This document shows positions 26,173-34,075 of a DNA stretch of 34,075 nucleotides, piece after piece. The notes below the pieces were generated by a model. That model saw only the letters and a program-made list of their open reading frames with translations. It was not told the DNA's origin and did no database searches. Made by a program: the position numbers and the translations under genes. Numbering within the stretch: the first letter of the stretch is position 1; each line of letters begins with the position of its first letter. The stretch is taken from positions 85,882 through 119,956 of IMG/VR virus record IMGVR_UViG_3300048929_000179; one strand, given 5' to 3'. Source of the DNA: a virus.

Positions 26173-26199
26173 GTAATCAAATTATAGATTGACCGGGAA
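26170..26199. repeat. 11-8-11 junction site 14
   Basis: TAGGTAATCAA-ATTATAGA-TTGACCGGGAA; begins at the upstream stop TAG. Confidence 0.7.
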
Positions 26200-26216
26200 T
26201 TAGAAAGGAGAAATAT

Positions 26217-27416
26217 GTGAAAACTAATATATTTGTACCACAAAAAATAAACGTTGGGTACCAGAAAAGAAGTGACACATACACTGGAAATCTGGCGTAC
26301 ATAATCTATTACGATGAACAAGGCATATTAAGGAAAGAAACTTCGTGGGAGAATTGGAGAGATAAAAATATTCCCAACGAGGTATTTGATAATGTGCCAA
26401 TTGAAGGATTTGTATTGAATAAAAAAGTTGGAGATTATTCTGGATCATGGGGAGATCACAGGCAAGCGTATTGTAGGGTGTATGATCCTAGAAATTTTGA
26501 ATTTGAAATTACAATTAATAATCTGTTATATATTCTTGAAAACACAAGTGCAATCAAAGGTAAAGGATTAGAGGGGGAATTTGTATATGGTTGGGACGGA
26601 AAAGATTTGTTGCTCATGCCAGCTGGATCTCCAGATTATAAAACAATTAGTGAATTCAACAAAATCATACACGATGGTAATCAAATAAAAGCAAAGGATT
26701 TGATTGTCGGCGCCACCTATTTGACAAAAGATAATACCGAACTTATTTATGTTGGAAAGTTTGATTACTATTCTTCTGGATATAAGTGGTTGCAAAATGG
26801 AGAATATAAGACCAGTAAAAACAGCAAAGACATTCTAAGAAATTATGGTTCTTATAACTACTGTGATTACGAGTGCGTAAATAATTTTGGTTATGGTAAG
26901 TATTTCTGGTTCGCACGTAAATGTGAGGACGGCTGGAAATTTGAGAAGCTTAAAAGTATTCCTAAAACAAAATTCATAAGATGTGTTAACGAAAAATGTA
27001 CAGATGAGTATTCGGAAATACACAAGGCACTAGATAATAGCTGTGAATATTCTCCATATGAAGAAAACTTGGATAAAATGGTAGATGCTTCGCTAGAGTT
27101 GTTTATTTCAAGAGGAAAAGAAAAGCATTGGCGCGATGACTCATTCTATTATACGAGTATTAAGTTCGTAAGCAAAAGAGATGGTGATTATAAAACATAT
27201 GCTGCGTGTCCGAGAAGCAGTGACGAAAACCTATTTACAGTGAAGAAATACCATAAGCGAGATATGAATAGGGGATCATATGGTTTTTTGGTTGGATTTG
27301 AAGATGAGTTTGGTAACCTAGCTACACTAGAAGAAATATACGAGAAAATGAAACCAATGTATAGGCAATGTTATTTAAAAAATGGAAATGAATATAGAAA
27401 GGAATGGAGTTTATGA
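26217..27416 (+). CDS. Phage hypothetical protein
   Basis: AAGGAG RBS, 399 aa; RVYDPRNFEFEI motif. Confidence 0.8.
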   Translation: MKTNIFVPQKINVGYQKRSDTYTGNLAYIIYYDEQGILRKETSWENWRDKNIPNEVFDNVPIEGFVLNKKVGDYSGSWGDHRQAYCRVYDPRNFEFEITINNLLYILENTSAIKGKGLEGEFVYGWDGKDLLLMPAGSPDYKTISEFNKIIHDGNQIKAKDLIVGATYLTKDNTELIYVGKFDYYSSGYKWLQNGEYKTSKNSKDILRNYGSYNYCDYECVNNFGYGKYFWFARKCEDGWKFEKLKSIPKTKFIRCVNEKCTDEYSEIHKALDNSCEYSPYEENLDKMVDASLELFISRGKEKHWRDDSFYYTSIKFVSKRDGDYKTYAACPRSSDENLFTVKKYHKRDMNRGSYGFLVGFEDEFGNLATLEEIYEKMKPMYRQCYLKNGNEYRKEWSL

Positions 27417-27823
27417 GTAAAAATGATGATAGAATTTTAGAATTAAAGAAACAAATTGAAGATAAGAAAACTTATCTGACGAACCAGAGGAAAAAATTCT
27501 CTCCAGAAACAAACTGTATGTTGGAGCTAGATGAAATTAAATATAACATCAATGTTATACCTGAAGACATTTTAACCACACTTATTATTAAGTTAAATAT
27601 GTATGTTATATCAGCGGATAATCTGGGAATGCCACACCCAATAATTAATGGATATTCCGTAGACTTGTGGATCTTAGATATAAAAAACAAATTATTTACT
27701 CTTGGAATTAAGAAAGAAGAAAACGACTTAAAATCAATGGAGGCAAGTTTAACAAAGATGTTGTCCGAAGACAAGAAGATAGAACTTGAACTCGATAAAA
27801 TTGCTGCTACATTTATGAAATAA
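27413..27823 (+). CDS. Coiled-coil hypothetical protein, coupled to the upstream gene
   Basis: ATGA overlap. Confidence 0.75.
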   Translation: MSKNDDRILELKKQIEDKKTYLTNQRKKFSPETNCMLELDEIKYNINVIPEDILTTLIIKLNMYVISADNLGMPHPIINGYSVDLWILDIKNKLFTLGIKKEENDLKSMEASLTKMLSEDKKIELELDKIAATFMK

Positions 27824-27828
27824 GAAAG

Positions 27829-28023
27829 GTGAAAACAATGAAAAATAATCGCAAGTTTCGTACATATGATTATCTTTCACTAATGATGGTTACTTATGGT
27901 TTATTTGAACTGTCTAAAATTGGCGTAGAAGCATTGTTATGTGGTGGTTTTATCGTATTTGCATCACTTTCGCTCGGAACCATATTTAGTGTAGATAAAA
28001 ATAAAGAGGAGGGAATGGATTGA
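27829..28023 (+). CDS. Small membrane protein
   Basis: Two hydrophobic segments; start may be ATG 27838. Confidence 0.55.
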   Translation: MKTMKNNRKFRTYDYLSLMMVTYGLFELSKIGVEALLCGGFIVFASLSLGTIFSVDKNKEEGMD

Positions 28024-30212
28024 TAAAAGTAATTAAAAGAGATGGCACAGAAGTTGATTTTGACAAAACCAAAATTAAAAAAGCAATTTTAAAAGCATTT
28101 ATTGATGTAGATGGCGAAGAAAGTTCTTATGCAAATGAAAAGGCAAGAGACATTGCTAATTACACAAAATCTCTAAACAAGGAGATGTCGGTAGAGAAAA
28201 TACAGGATATTGTTGAAGATAAACTCATGTCGAGCAATCGCAAAGATGTAGCTAGGGCGTATATTCAGTATCGACTTAAAAGAAGTCTCATAAGAGAAAG
28301 CAATACAACAGATAAGAACATTTTAGAACTATTAGAAGGAAATAGTGAATACTGGAATACAGAGAATTCTAATAAAAATGCTAGATTAAATACGACAATC
28401 AGGGATTATACGGCTGGTGTGGTAAGCAAAGACTTAACAGAAAGAATTTTGCTTCCCAAGGATATTGTGGAAGCTCATAATGCTGGTATTATTCACTTCC
28501 ACGATGAAGACTACTTTATGCAACGGATGCATAATTGCTGTTTAGTAAATCTTGAGGATATGCTACAGAATGGAACCGTAATTTCAGAGACGTTGGTCGA
28601 GAAACCGCACAGTTTTTCAACAGCGTGTAATATTGCAACTCAAATCATCGCACAAGTAGCAAGCTCTCAATATGGAGGACAGAGCATTTCCCTAGCTCAT
28701 TTGGCACCCTTTGTGGATATTAGTAGAAGATCCATTAAGAATAAGGTGATTATGGAACGTACAGCTACTGGGGATGACTTGGACGAAGAAAAGATTAACT
28801 TGACGGTTAGAATGAGACTTGCTGATGAAATTAAAAAGGGCATTCAGACTATACAGTATCAAATTGTAACGCTTATGACGACGAATGGTCAAGCCCCATT
28901 TTTAACACTCTTTATGTATCTGGGCGAGTCAAAGAATGAACAAGAAAAATCTGACTTAGCTTTATTGATAGAAGAAACACTCGTACAAAGCTACCAAGGC
29001 GTAAAAAATGAGGAGGGATCATGGATCACACCTGCTTTTCCAAAGGTCATATATGTTCTGGAAGAAGATAATGTTCGTAAAGATAGTAAATATTGGTATC
29101 TTACAGAATTAGCAGCTAAGTGTTCTGTGAAACGACTTACTCCTGATTACATATCAGAAAAGAAAATGAAAGAGTTAAAAGATGGGAATTGCTATCCTGT
29201 AATGGGATGTAGATCCGCATTGACTGTCTGGAAAGATGAGAATGGAAATCCTAAGTTCTACGGTAGATTTAATCAGGGCGTAGTTACACTAAATCTTGTA
29301 GACATAGCATTATCATCAAGAGGTGATATGGTTAAATTCTGGGAACTGTTTGAGGAACGAACTGAATTGTGCCATAGGGCTTTACAGTGTAGACATGAAA
29401 GACTTGAGGGAACCCCATCTGACGTCGCTCCAATTTTGTGGCAACATGGAGCACTGGCTCGACTTAAAAAGGGAGAGGTAATTGATGAGCTGCTTCATGG
29501 CGGGTATTCAACAATTTCTCTTGGATATGCAGGGTTATATGAATGTGTAAAATATATGACTGGTAAATCTCATAGTGATGAAGGACTTGGAGAATCATTT
29601 GGTTTAACAGTAATGAAGGCCTTAAATGATAAGTGTACCGAATGGAAAGCCTCTGAAAACATTGATTATAGTCTATATGGGACACCACTGGAGTCAACAA
29701 CATATAAGTTTTCAAAGTGTTTACAGGATAGATTTGGAGTAATCAAAGGAATAACAGATAGGAATTATATTACAAATTCGTACCATATTCCAGTATTTGA
29801 AGAAATTGATGCATTTGAGAAATTAGAAAAGGAATCCAAGTTTCAGAGGTGGAGTCCTGGCGGAGCAATTTCTTATATAGAAGCTCCAAACCTTGACGAC
29901 AATATTCCGGCAGTAATAGAAGTAATTAAGTTCATCTATGAAAACAATATCTACGCAGAAATAAATACAAAAAGCGATCACTGTCAGGTGTGCGGATATG
30001 ATAAAGAAATTAAGCTGATTGATGAAGATGGCAAGCTGATTTGGGAGTGTTCTAATTGTGGGAATAGAGATGTGAGAACCATGGATATAACCAGAAGGAC
30101 TTGCGGTTACAAAGGTACTGCGAGGAATGGGTGGAATCAGGGCAGACTGGGGGATATTCACGACAGGGTAATGCATTTAGATGATATTGAAATAGAAGGA
30201 AGTGATTCTTGA
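28020..30212 (+). CDS. nrdD: Class III anaerobic ribonucleoside-triphosphate reductase with ATP-cone
   Basis: VIKRDG ATP-cone, HNCC, YGGQ, MGCR, YITNSYH, CQVC...CSNC, RRTCGY glycyl-radical loop. Confidence 0.95.
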   Translation: MIKVIKRDGTEVDFDKTKIKKAILKAFIDVDGEESSYANEKARDIANYTKSLNKEMSVEKIQDIVEDKLMSSNRKDVARAYIQYRLKRSLIRESNTTDKNILELLEGNSEYWNTENSNKNARLNTTIRDYTAGVVSKDLTERILLPKDIVEAHNAGIIHFHDEDYFMQRMHNCCLVNLEDMLQNGTVISETLVEKPHSFSTACNIATQIIAQVASSQYGGQSISLAHLAPFVDISRRSIKNKVIMERTATGDDLDEEKINLTVRMRLADEIKKGIQTIQYQIVTLMTTNGQAPFLTLFMYLGESKNEQEKSDLALLIEETLVQSYQGVKNEEGSWITPAFPKVIYVLEEDNVRKDSKYWYLTELAAKCSVKRLTPDYISEKKMKELKDGNCYPVMGCRSALTVWKDENGNPKFYGRFNQGVVTLNLVDIALSSRGDMVKFWELFEERTELCHRALQCRHERLEGTPSDVAPILWQHGALARLKKGEVIDELLHGGYSTISLGYAGLYECVKYMTGKSHSDEGLGESFGLTVMKALNDKCTEWKASENIDYSLYGTPLESTTYKFSKCLQDRFGVIKGITDRNYITNSYHIPVFEEIDAFEKLEKESKFQRWSPGGAISYIEAPNLDDNIPAVIEVIKFIYENNIYAEINTKSDHCQVCGYDKEIKLIDEDGKLIWECSNCGNRDVRTMDITRRTCGYKGTARNGWNQGRLGDIHDRVMHLDDIEIEGSDS

Positions 30213-30754
30213 TGCGATATGCGAGTATTCGCTCTATGGATATCAGTAATGGAGAGGGAATAGGAATTTCCTTATTTGTCCAAGGTTGTCGTTTCCATTG
30301 TAAAAACTGTTTTAATGAAACCACGTGGGATTTTAATGGTGGTAAAGAATGGACAAAAGAAAAAGAAGATGAGTTCATAAAGTTGGCAGATAAACCACAT
30401 ATAAAACGAATTAGCATTCTTGGCGGAGAAGCGTTGGCGGATGAAAACCTCTCTGGAGTACTTTCCATTGTAAATAAAATACGTCATTCATATGGAAACA
30501 CTAAAAGTATCTGGCTTTATACGGGCTACGAATGGGAATGGATAATCGACAATCAATTTGAAGATCTCGGTAATGGATACTCAAGATGGACTGATCGTGC
30601 ATCAATAATATCTAAATGTGATATTCTGGTCGATGGCAGATTCATTAATGAACAAAAGGATTTATCACTTAAATGGCGAGGAAGTTCAAATCAAAGAGTG
30701 ATTGACATTAGAAAATCATTTGAAACACGAAATGCTGTACTACATTGTAAGTAG
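30209..30754 (+). CDS. nrdG: Anaerobic RNR activating enzyme (radical SAM)
   Basis: NGEG, CRFHCKNC, LGGE, YTGY, VDGRF, RGSSNQR. Confidence 0.95.
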   Translation: MMRYASIRSMDISNGEGIGISLFVQGCRFHCKNCFNETTWDFNGGKEWTKEKEDEFIKLADKPHIKRISILGGEALADENLSGVLSIVNKIRHSYGNTKSIWLYTGYEWEWIIDNQFEDLGNGYSRWTDRASIISKCDILVDGRFINEQKDLSLKWRGSSNQRVIDIRKSFETRNAVLHCK

Positions 30755-30800
30755 TTGATTAATTAGGTTGTTATAAAAAATAAGTAAAGGAGATTAATAT

Positions 30801-31232
30801 TTGGAGAAAATTAGAATCAAATACAGCAATCAGATACTGGAAAGAATCAAGAAAATTAGTATAGGAAATTGGATCGACCTTCGTGCGTCTGAAACAGTTG
30901 AAATGAAAGCAGGCGAATTTAGACTAATTCCACTTGGAGTCGCAATGGAATTACCAAAAGGATACGAATCACATGTAGTTCCACGCAGTAGTACTTTCAA
31001 GAACTTCGGTATAATTCAAACTAATAATTTTGGTGTTATTGATGAATCGTATTGCGGAGACTCCGATTTTTGGTTTTTTCCTGCATATGCATTACGAGAT
31101 ACTAAGATTGAGGTAAACGACAGGATTTGTCAGTTTCGCATTACGGAACATCAGCCAGAAATTATGTTTGAAGAAGTGGAAATTTTAGGAAATATTGATC
31201 GAGGAGGTCATGGATCAACAGGAAAACAATAG
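30801..31232 (+). CDS. dut: Trimeric dUTPase
   Basis: [28 protein letters not shown]. Confidence 0.92.
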   Translation: MEKIRIKYSNQILERIKKISIGNWIDLRASETVEMKAGEFRLIPLGVAMELPKGYESHVVPRSSTFKNFGIIQTNNFGVIDESYCGDSDFWFFPAYALRDTKIEVNDRICQFRITEHQPEIMFEEVEILGNIDRGGHGSTGKQ

Positions 31233-31241
31233 GAGAAATAT

Positions 31242-31580
31242 ATGATTAATTCAGAAATATTTAAAGATATTCCGTTGCCACAAACTACGATAACCAAAGC
31301 GATAGATTTTCTTGGAAAATACAAAGTTGGAGAATATTTATATCCTAATGTGTTAATACGAAATCTAAGAATATCAAAAGGTGACGAGTTTTGGATTACA
31401 AAAATTCTTACAGATAATAGATTGGTCGATGTGATGCATTATTATACTTGTCCAAGATGCGGAAGTACGACTAATTTCTTTTCAAAAGAATATTTGCATA
31501 CAGAATATCCAGTGTGTGAAAATTGTGATGAACAAATGGATATCAATGACTACAGAATTGTGTATAGAATTAAATATTAA
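31242..31580 (+). CDS. Zn-ribbon hypothetical protein
   Basis: CPRC...CENC; AGGAG RBS. Confidence 0.7.
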   Translation: MINSEIFKDIPLPQTTITKAIDFLGKYKVGEYLYPNVLIRNLRISKGDEFWITKILTDNRLVDVMHYYTCPRCGSTTNFFSKEYLHTEYPVCENCDEQMDINDYRIVYRIKY

Positions 31581-31694
31581 AGATATAAGACGGCAACAAA
31601 AGTAAACTCTGTGTCCGCGCAAACACAGTTGATATAGATACATAGATTTAAACCGGATATCGATATCCTCTAAAACAAAATTTGGAGGAAACTT

Positions 31695-32360
31695 ATGAGA
31701 AAATTATTAACAGCAGGTACATTATCACTGTGCCTCACCCTTACCATGCCCATGGCAACATGGGCGAATAATAAAGAGGAAACTGCTACGGCAGCACAGT
31801 TTGAAGAAGCATTACCACACGTAACTGACATCACAGTAAAATATACCTTTGACGGTGTAAATATTAGACGAGAACCAAATACAAACTCGGAAATATTGGG
31901 AAAGACGTTGCTCAATGACACGGTAGAAGTTGTGCTTGATATAAATGGTTGGAGTATGATTACTACGGCAGAGGGATATGCATATATCAAATCAGAGTAC
32001 CTTTCAGGCGTTGAGATTACATATTCGAAAGAAGATTTATACATCATAGCTCATCTACTTGCAGGAGAGGCACAATTTTGCTCAGATGAAGAACAGAGAT
32101 ATGTCGGATCTGTTGTGTTAAATCGGGTATCACACAATGAATTCCCAAATACGATTGCAGGAGTGGTGTTTGATAAAGGACAGTATTCTTGTGTATCTGA
32201 CGGAATGTATTATCGCGAACCAACCGAAAGCAATTGGAGTAACGCAAAATGGATTCTTGAAAATGGAAGCATATTACCTAGACATGTAATTTATCAGTCA
32301 AAAGGTAAACAAGGTAAGGGAACTTATTTAAAAACTAAATGGCATAATTATTGTTATTAA
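31695..32360 (+). CDS. Secreted SH3b + Hydrolase_2 (SleB-like) cell wall hydrolase
   Basis: Signal peptide; VNIRREP...GW...GYAYIKSEYL (SH3b); AGEA...VGSVVLNRV...FPNTIAGVV...GQYS. Confidence 0.85.
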   Translation: MRKLLTAGTLSLCLTLTMPMATWANNKEETATAAQFEEALPHVTDITVKYTFDGVNIRREPNTNSEILGKTLLNDTVEVVLDINGWSMITTAEGYAYIKSEYLSGVEITYSKEDLYIIAHLLAGEAQFCSDEEQRYVGSVVLNRVSHNEFPNTIAGVVFDKGQYSCVSDGMYYREPTESNWSNAKWILENGSILPRHVIYQSKGKQGKGTYLKTKWHNYCY

Positions 32361-32397
32361 ATCCGAAAATTGAAGGTAGGACAGTTATATAAAGGGA

Positions 32398-32610
32398 GTG
32401 GTTATTATAGGTATAAATGAGAATGACATAAATGACAAGGCATTATTGAATATAAGCGAGTTTTGTGCATATTTGGGTATTGGGGAGACTAAGGCAAGAG
32501 AGTTACTTAAGGCACCTAGAAATGGATTTTCGATGCAGATAGGATCTAAATGGTATGCTCATAAAGTTAGACTGGATCAATGGCTTTTAAAACAGTGTGA
32601 CAAGTATTAG
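32398..32610 (+). CDS. Excisionase / MerR-like HTH recombination directionality factor
   Basis: LLNISEFCAYLGIGETKARELL...IGSKW...LDQWL; directly upstream of the integrase. Confidence 0.8.
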   Translation: MVIIGINENDINDKALLNISEFCAYLGIGETKARELLKAPRNGFSMQIGSKWYAHKVRLDQWLLKQCDKY

Positions 32611-32613
32611 TCA

Positions 32614-32642
32614 TTGTAAAAGAGACCGTTTAGTAATATAAT
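32614..32642 (+). promoter_or_regulatory. Putative integrase promoter
   Basis: TTGTAA, 17-bp spacer, TATAAT. Confidence 0.55.
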
Positions 32643-32670
32643 ATTTCTTATATTGCTGAATTGGTCTTTT
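32620..32670 (+). terminator. Long stem-loop between xis and int (terminator or RNase III-type substrate)
   Basis: AAGAGACCG-TTTAGTAATATAA-tatttc-TTATATTGCTGAA-TTGGTCTTTT: about 21 bp stem with G-U pairs and a T-rich 3' end. Confidence 0.55.
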
Positions 32671-32695
32671 CTTAATTGAAAGGAGATCTGTAATA

Positions 32696-33970
32696 ATGGG
32701 AAAAGACCTAAAAGGAAAAGAAATTGGGAACGGATTAAGACAAAAGCCCGATGGTATGTATTCTGGAAGATACTATGATAGATTTGGCAAAAGACATGAA
32801 TTGTACAATCGCAATCTAACAGAATTAAAGAAACAGTTAAAAACTGCAAAGTTTGATGATGAACATGGCACCACCGTAGCGGATAGTAATATGACGCTTT
32901 CAAAATGGTTTAATCTATGGCTTGAAATTCACAAGTATAAAGTGATTCGCAACAATACTATATCACACTATAAAATGATATTTAAAAAACATATCGACCC
33001 GGCGATGGGGAATATGAAGATAAAAAATATCACACAACTTGACGTAAAGACTTTGTTGAAAGACCTTGATGAACTAGGCGCTAGATTTGAAACGAAAAAT
33101 AGAGTCAAGATTATGCTGTCAGATATGTTAGATAAAGCAATGATTGACAATTACGTTTTGAAAAATCCATGCAAAGGAATCCGTGTTATCAGAGATGAGA
33201 AAAAAGACGTTAGAGTTCTTACTAGAGAAGAACAGGTGGATTTTTTTGAATGTTGCAAAGGAACATTTTATGATAATTTATTTAATGTTGCAATATCAAC
33301 CGGGTTAAGACAGGGTGAAATATGCGCCTTAACATGGGACGACATTGACTTAAAGAAAAAAGAGATTAGCATAAATAAAACGTTGCTTTATCAAAAATTA
33401 GATGGGGATTTTGGAAAAACATTCCACATTAACCCTCCTAAAACAAAAACTAGTAATAGAATTATACCGATTAATGGACTTTGTGAGATTGCTCTAAAAA
33501 AGCAATTTATACAGAGAAGCAATGTTTTATCTAAATCATCATCTAAGCCCCACAAAGGATTCGAAGATTTGATTTTTACCACAAAATTTGGAACTCCTAT
33601 TTGTGATCAAATTTTAATTGATGCGATTAAAAAAATTATAGGTGAACTAAATTTGTGTAGAGATGAACTCGAACAATTTGAAATGTTTTCTCCTCACTGT
33701 TTTCGTCATACTTTTGCCACTCGTTGCTTTGAAGCCGGGGTTTCACCAAAAACAGTCCAACAGTATTTAGGTCATGCTTCATTGCAAATGACTATGGATT
33801 TATACACCCATGTACTAGACAGCCAAAAGAAAGAAGATATGCTGAAGCTGGAGAATATCTTAGTCGACGTATTTAATAACTCAGATAATATAACAGAAGA
33901 ACGGTATAACGATATGCGAGATAAAGAGAAATCGATTATAGCTTTGGGAGTAAAAAGGGAGTACGCGTAA
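32696..33970 (+). CDS. int: Tyrosine integrase (arm-binding, SAM-like and catalytic domains)
   Basis: TGLRQGE, PKT, HCFRHTFAT, LGHASLQMTMDLYTH. Confidence 0.95.
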   Translation: MGKDLKGKEIGNGLRQKPDGMYSGRYYDRFGKRHELYNRNLTELKKQLKTAKFDDEHGTTVADSNMTLSKWFNLWLEIHKYKVIRNNTISHYKMIFKKHIDPAMGNMKIKNITQLDVKTLLKDLDELGARFETKNRVKIMLSDMLDKAMIDNYVLKNPCKGIRVIRDEKKDVRVLTREEQVDFFECCKGTFYDNLFNVAISTGLRQGEICALTWDDIDLKKKEISINKTLLYQKLDGDFGKTFHINPPKTKTSNRIIPINGLCEIALKKQFIQRSNVLSKSSSKPHKGFEDLIFTTKFGTPICDQILIDAIKKIIGELNLCRDELEQFEMFSPHCFRHTFATRCFEAGVSPKTVQQYLGHASLQMTMDLYTHVLDSQKKEDMLKLENILVDVFNNSDNITEERYNDMRDKEKSIIALGVKREYA

Positions 33971-34075
33971 AGAAATCATATTCCATAACACGTATAACCC
34001 TTGTAAATACAGGGATTTGAGAGCATTAGAAGAGTATTATGTATTACTTATTATGTTTATCAGGTTACGCCGTTT
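33946..34075. other. Probable att region / prophage end
   Basis: GGGAGTA direct repeats 11 bp apart (33946, 33957) resemble arm-type sites; CCCTTGTA-AA-TACAGGG palindrome follows; position immediately 3' of int. Core not identifiable from one end. Confidence 0.45.

Larger units (their letters stand above)
1..34075 (+). mobile_element. Part of a large SPbeta-like temperate phage/prophage (replication, nucleotide metabolism and integration arm)
   Basis: Co-oriented dense phage-type genes; order SSB-like/ATPase/Zn-finger/DnaB/primase/RecJ/DnaE matches the SPbeta yorF-yorL block; xis and tyrosine integrase at the right end. No structural genes in the window. Confidence 0.9.

Noticed and set aside
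357-26199. Junction sites as CRISPR repeats or promoters
   Set aside because: They are too degenerate and separated by whole genes, with no cas genes. In the copies checked, TTGAC is followed by an RBS and coding sequence rather than a -10 box.
31581-31694. c-di-GMP or c-di-AMP riboswitch before the cell wall hydrolase
   Set aside because: The GEMM and ydaO conserved blocks are absent.
32351-32380. A fifteenth junction site (TTAAA-TCCGAAAA-TTGAA)
   Set aside because: The outer arms match neither class; plausible by chance in AT-rich DNA.
208-33582. All minus-strand ORFs and nested alternative-frame ORFs in the track
   Set aside because: They shadow well-supported plus-strand genes and show no recognisable motifs.
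34035-34061. Chromosomal dif site (TTATGTTTAT resembles the XerD arm)
   Set aside because: No XerC-like arm at the correct spacing.
1-34075. tRNA or rRNA genes
   Set aside because: No intergenic gap shows a cloverleaf with a T-loop motif or rRNA-like sequence.

Overview
An AT-rich, all plus-strand arm of a large temperate phage or prophage, probably from an anaerobic Firmicute of the Clostridia/Lachnospiraceae type (host is inference). It has three parts. (i) A DNA replication module in the SPbeta yorF-yorL gene order: SSB-like protein, AAA_24 ATPase, Zn-finger protein, DnaB helicase, inserted HNH-AP2 endonuclease, primase, RecJ, DnaE, then an ERCC4 nuclease. (ii) A nucleotide-metabolism module: NAD-dependent ligase, HPr-like, ThyX-like, DUF3310, NDT-like, PPP phosphatase, NrdD/NrdG and dUTPase. 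(iii) An SH3-SleB hydrolase, excisionase and tyrosine integrase, with a probable att region at the right end. Blocks of small unknown genes lie between these modules. The main unexplained signal is a family of 14 degenerate 30-bp sites (11-bp arm, 8-bp variable spacer, 11-bp arm) at gene junctions, seen only in the accessory blocks. They look like tyrosine-recombinase core sites punctuating gene cassettes, or alternatively operators of a recombinase-fold repressor. Other signals: apparent ATA/ATT start codons on at least four conserved genes, a tandem NrdR-box pair, an His15-less HPr homologue, a degenerate ThyX in an otherwise near-complete dTTP pathway, and a promoter-containing hairpin between xis and int. 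All calls are from reading motifs by eye; no database searches were run.
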